A stretch of DNA of 64,000 nt, taken from the NCBI RefSeq assembly GCF_037042905.1, contig NC_087250.1, forward strand, positions 8,000,001 to 8,064,000, given 5' to 3'. This DNA is from Lytechinus pictus. Taxonomy: Eukaryota. This document shows, piece by piece, positions 63,529 to 64,000 of this stretch (positions are counted from its first letter, which is position 1; each line of letters begins with the position of its first letter). The translations under genes were made by a program, and so were the position numbers. The notes under the pieces were generated by a model, which was not told the origin of the DNA, searched no databases, and saw only the letters and a list, made by a program, of their open reading frames with translations.

Positions 63529-64000
63529 GTCATAAGAGCCTTGCACGTAAACTTAAATGTTGAGCTGAAAATGACCTTTGACCTTACCATGTGACCTCCG
63601 ACGACTGCAGCATAAGATGCAGGTCCCCCAAGTCCATCTACCATCCAAGTTTGGTTGAAAAGTGACTTACGGTCGCGGAGTTAGGTGTCATAAGAGTCTT
63701 GCATGTAAACTTTAACGTTGACCTTAAAATGACCTTTGACCTTATCATGTGACCTCCGACTGCAGCCTAACATGCAGGTCCCCCAAGTCCATCTACCATC
63801 CAAGTTTGGTTGAAAAGTGACTTACGGAGTTAGGCATCATAAGAGAGTCTTGCATGTAAACTTTAACGTTGACCTGAAAATGAACTTTGACCTTACCATG
63901 TGACCTCCGACTGCAGCATAAGATGCAGGTCCCCCAAGTCCATCTACCATCCAAGTTTGGTTGAAAAGTGACTTACGGTCGCGGAGTTAGGTGTCATAAG
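63529..64000. repeat. About 150-160 bp tandem repeat running off the window end
   Basis: tcataagag...gca(c/t)gtaaactt recurs at ~63530, ~63688, ~63837 and ~63994. Confidence 0.85.

Overview
AT-rich, intron- and repeat-rich eukaryotic DNA. The SINE/MITE content suggests an invertebrate deuterostome, probably a sea urchin (inference). Three spliced genes can be rebuilt from GT-AG junctions with consistent phases. (1) The last 9 coding exons of a TBC1D9/TBC1D8-type Rab-GAP (+, 1635-11039). (2) A complete 13-exon AATF/Che-1/Bfr2 gene (-, 42061-22313, 1704 nt CDS, 567 aa). (3) The last 7 coding exons of a TRPA-family channel (-, 63143-53712). The rest is MITEs (often nested), tRNA-derived SINEs, LINE 3' fragments, a hAT-like deletion derivative keeping a zinc-finger ORF, microsatellites and minisatellites. 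Three patterns stand out. All three genes carry tandem arrays that copy an exon-intron junction, creating runs of decoy splice sites. Two duplicated AATF exons have each been hit by a MITE. TACATGTA is strongly over-represented, and paired repeat copies show it arose as a 6-bp insertion at a TA, as expected for a transposon excision footprint.
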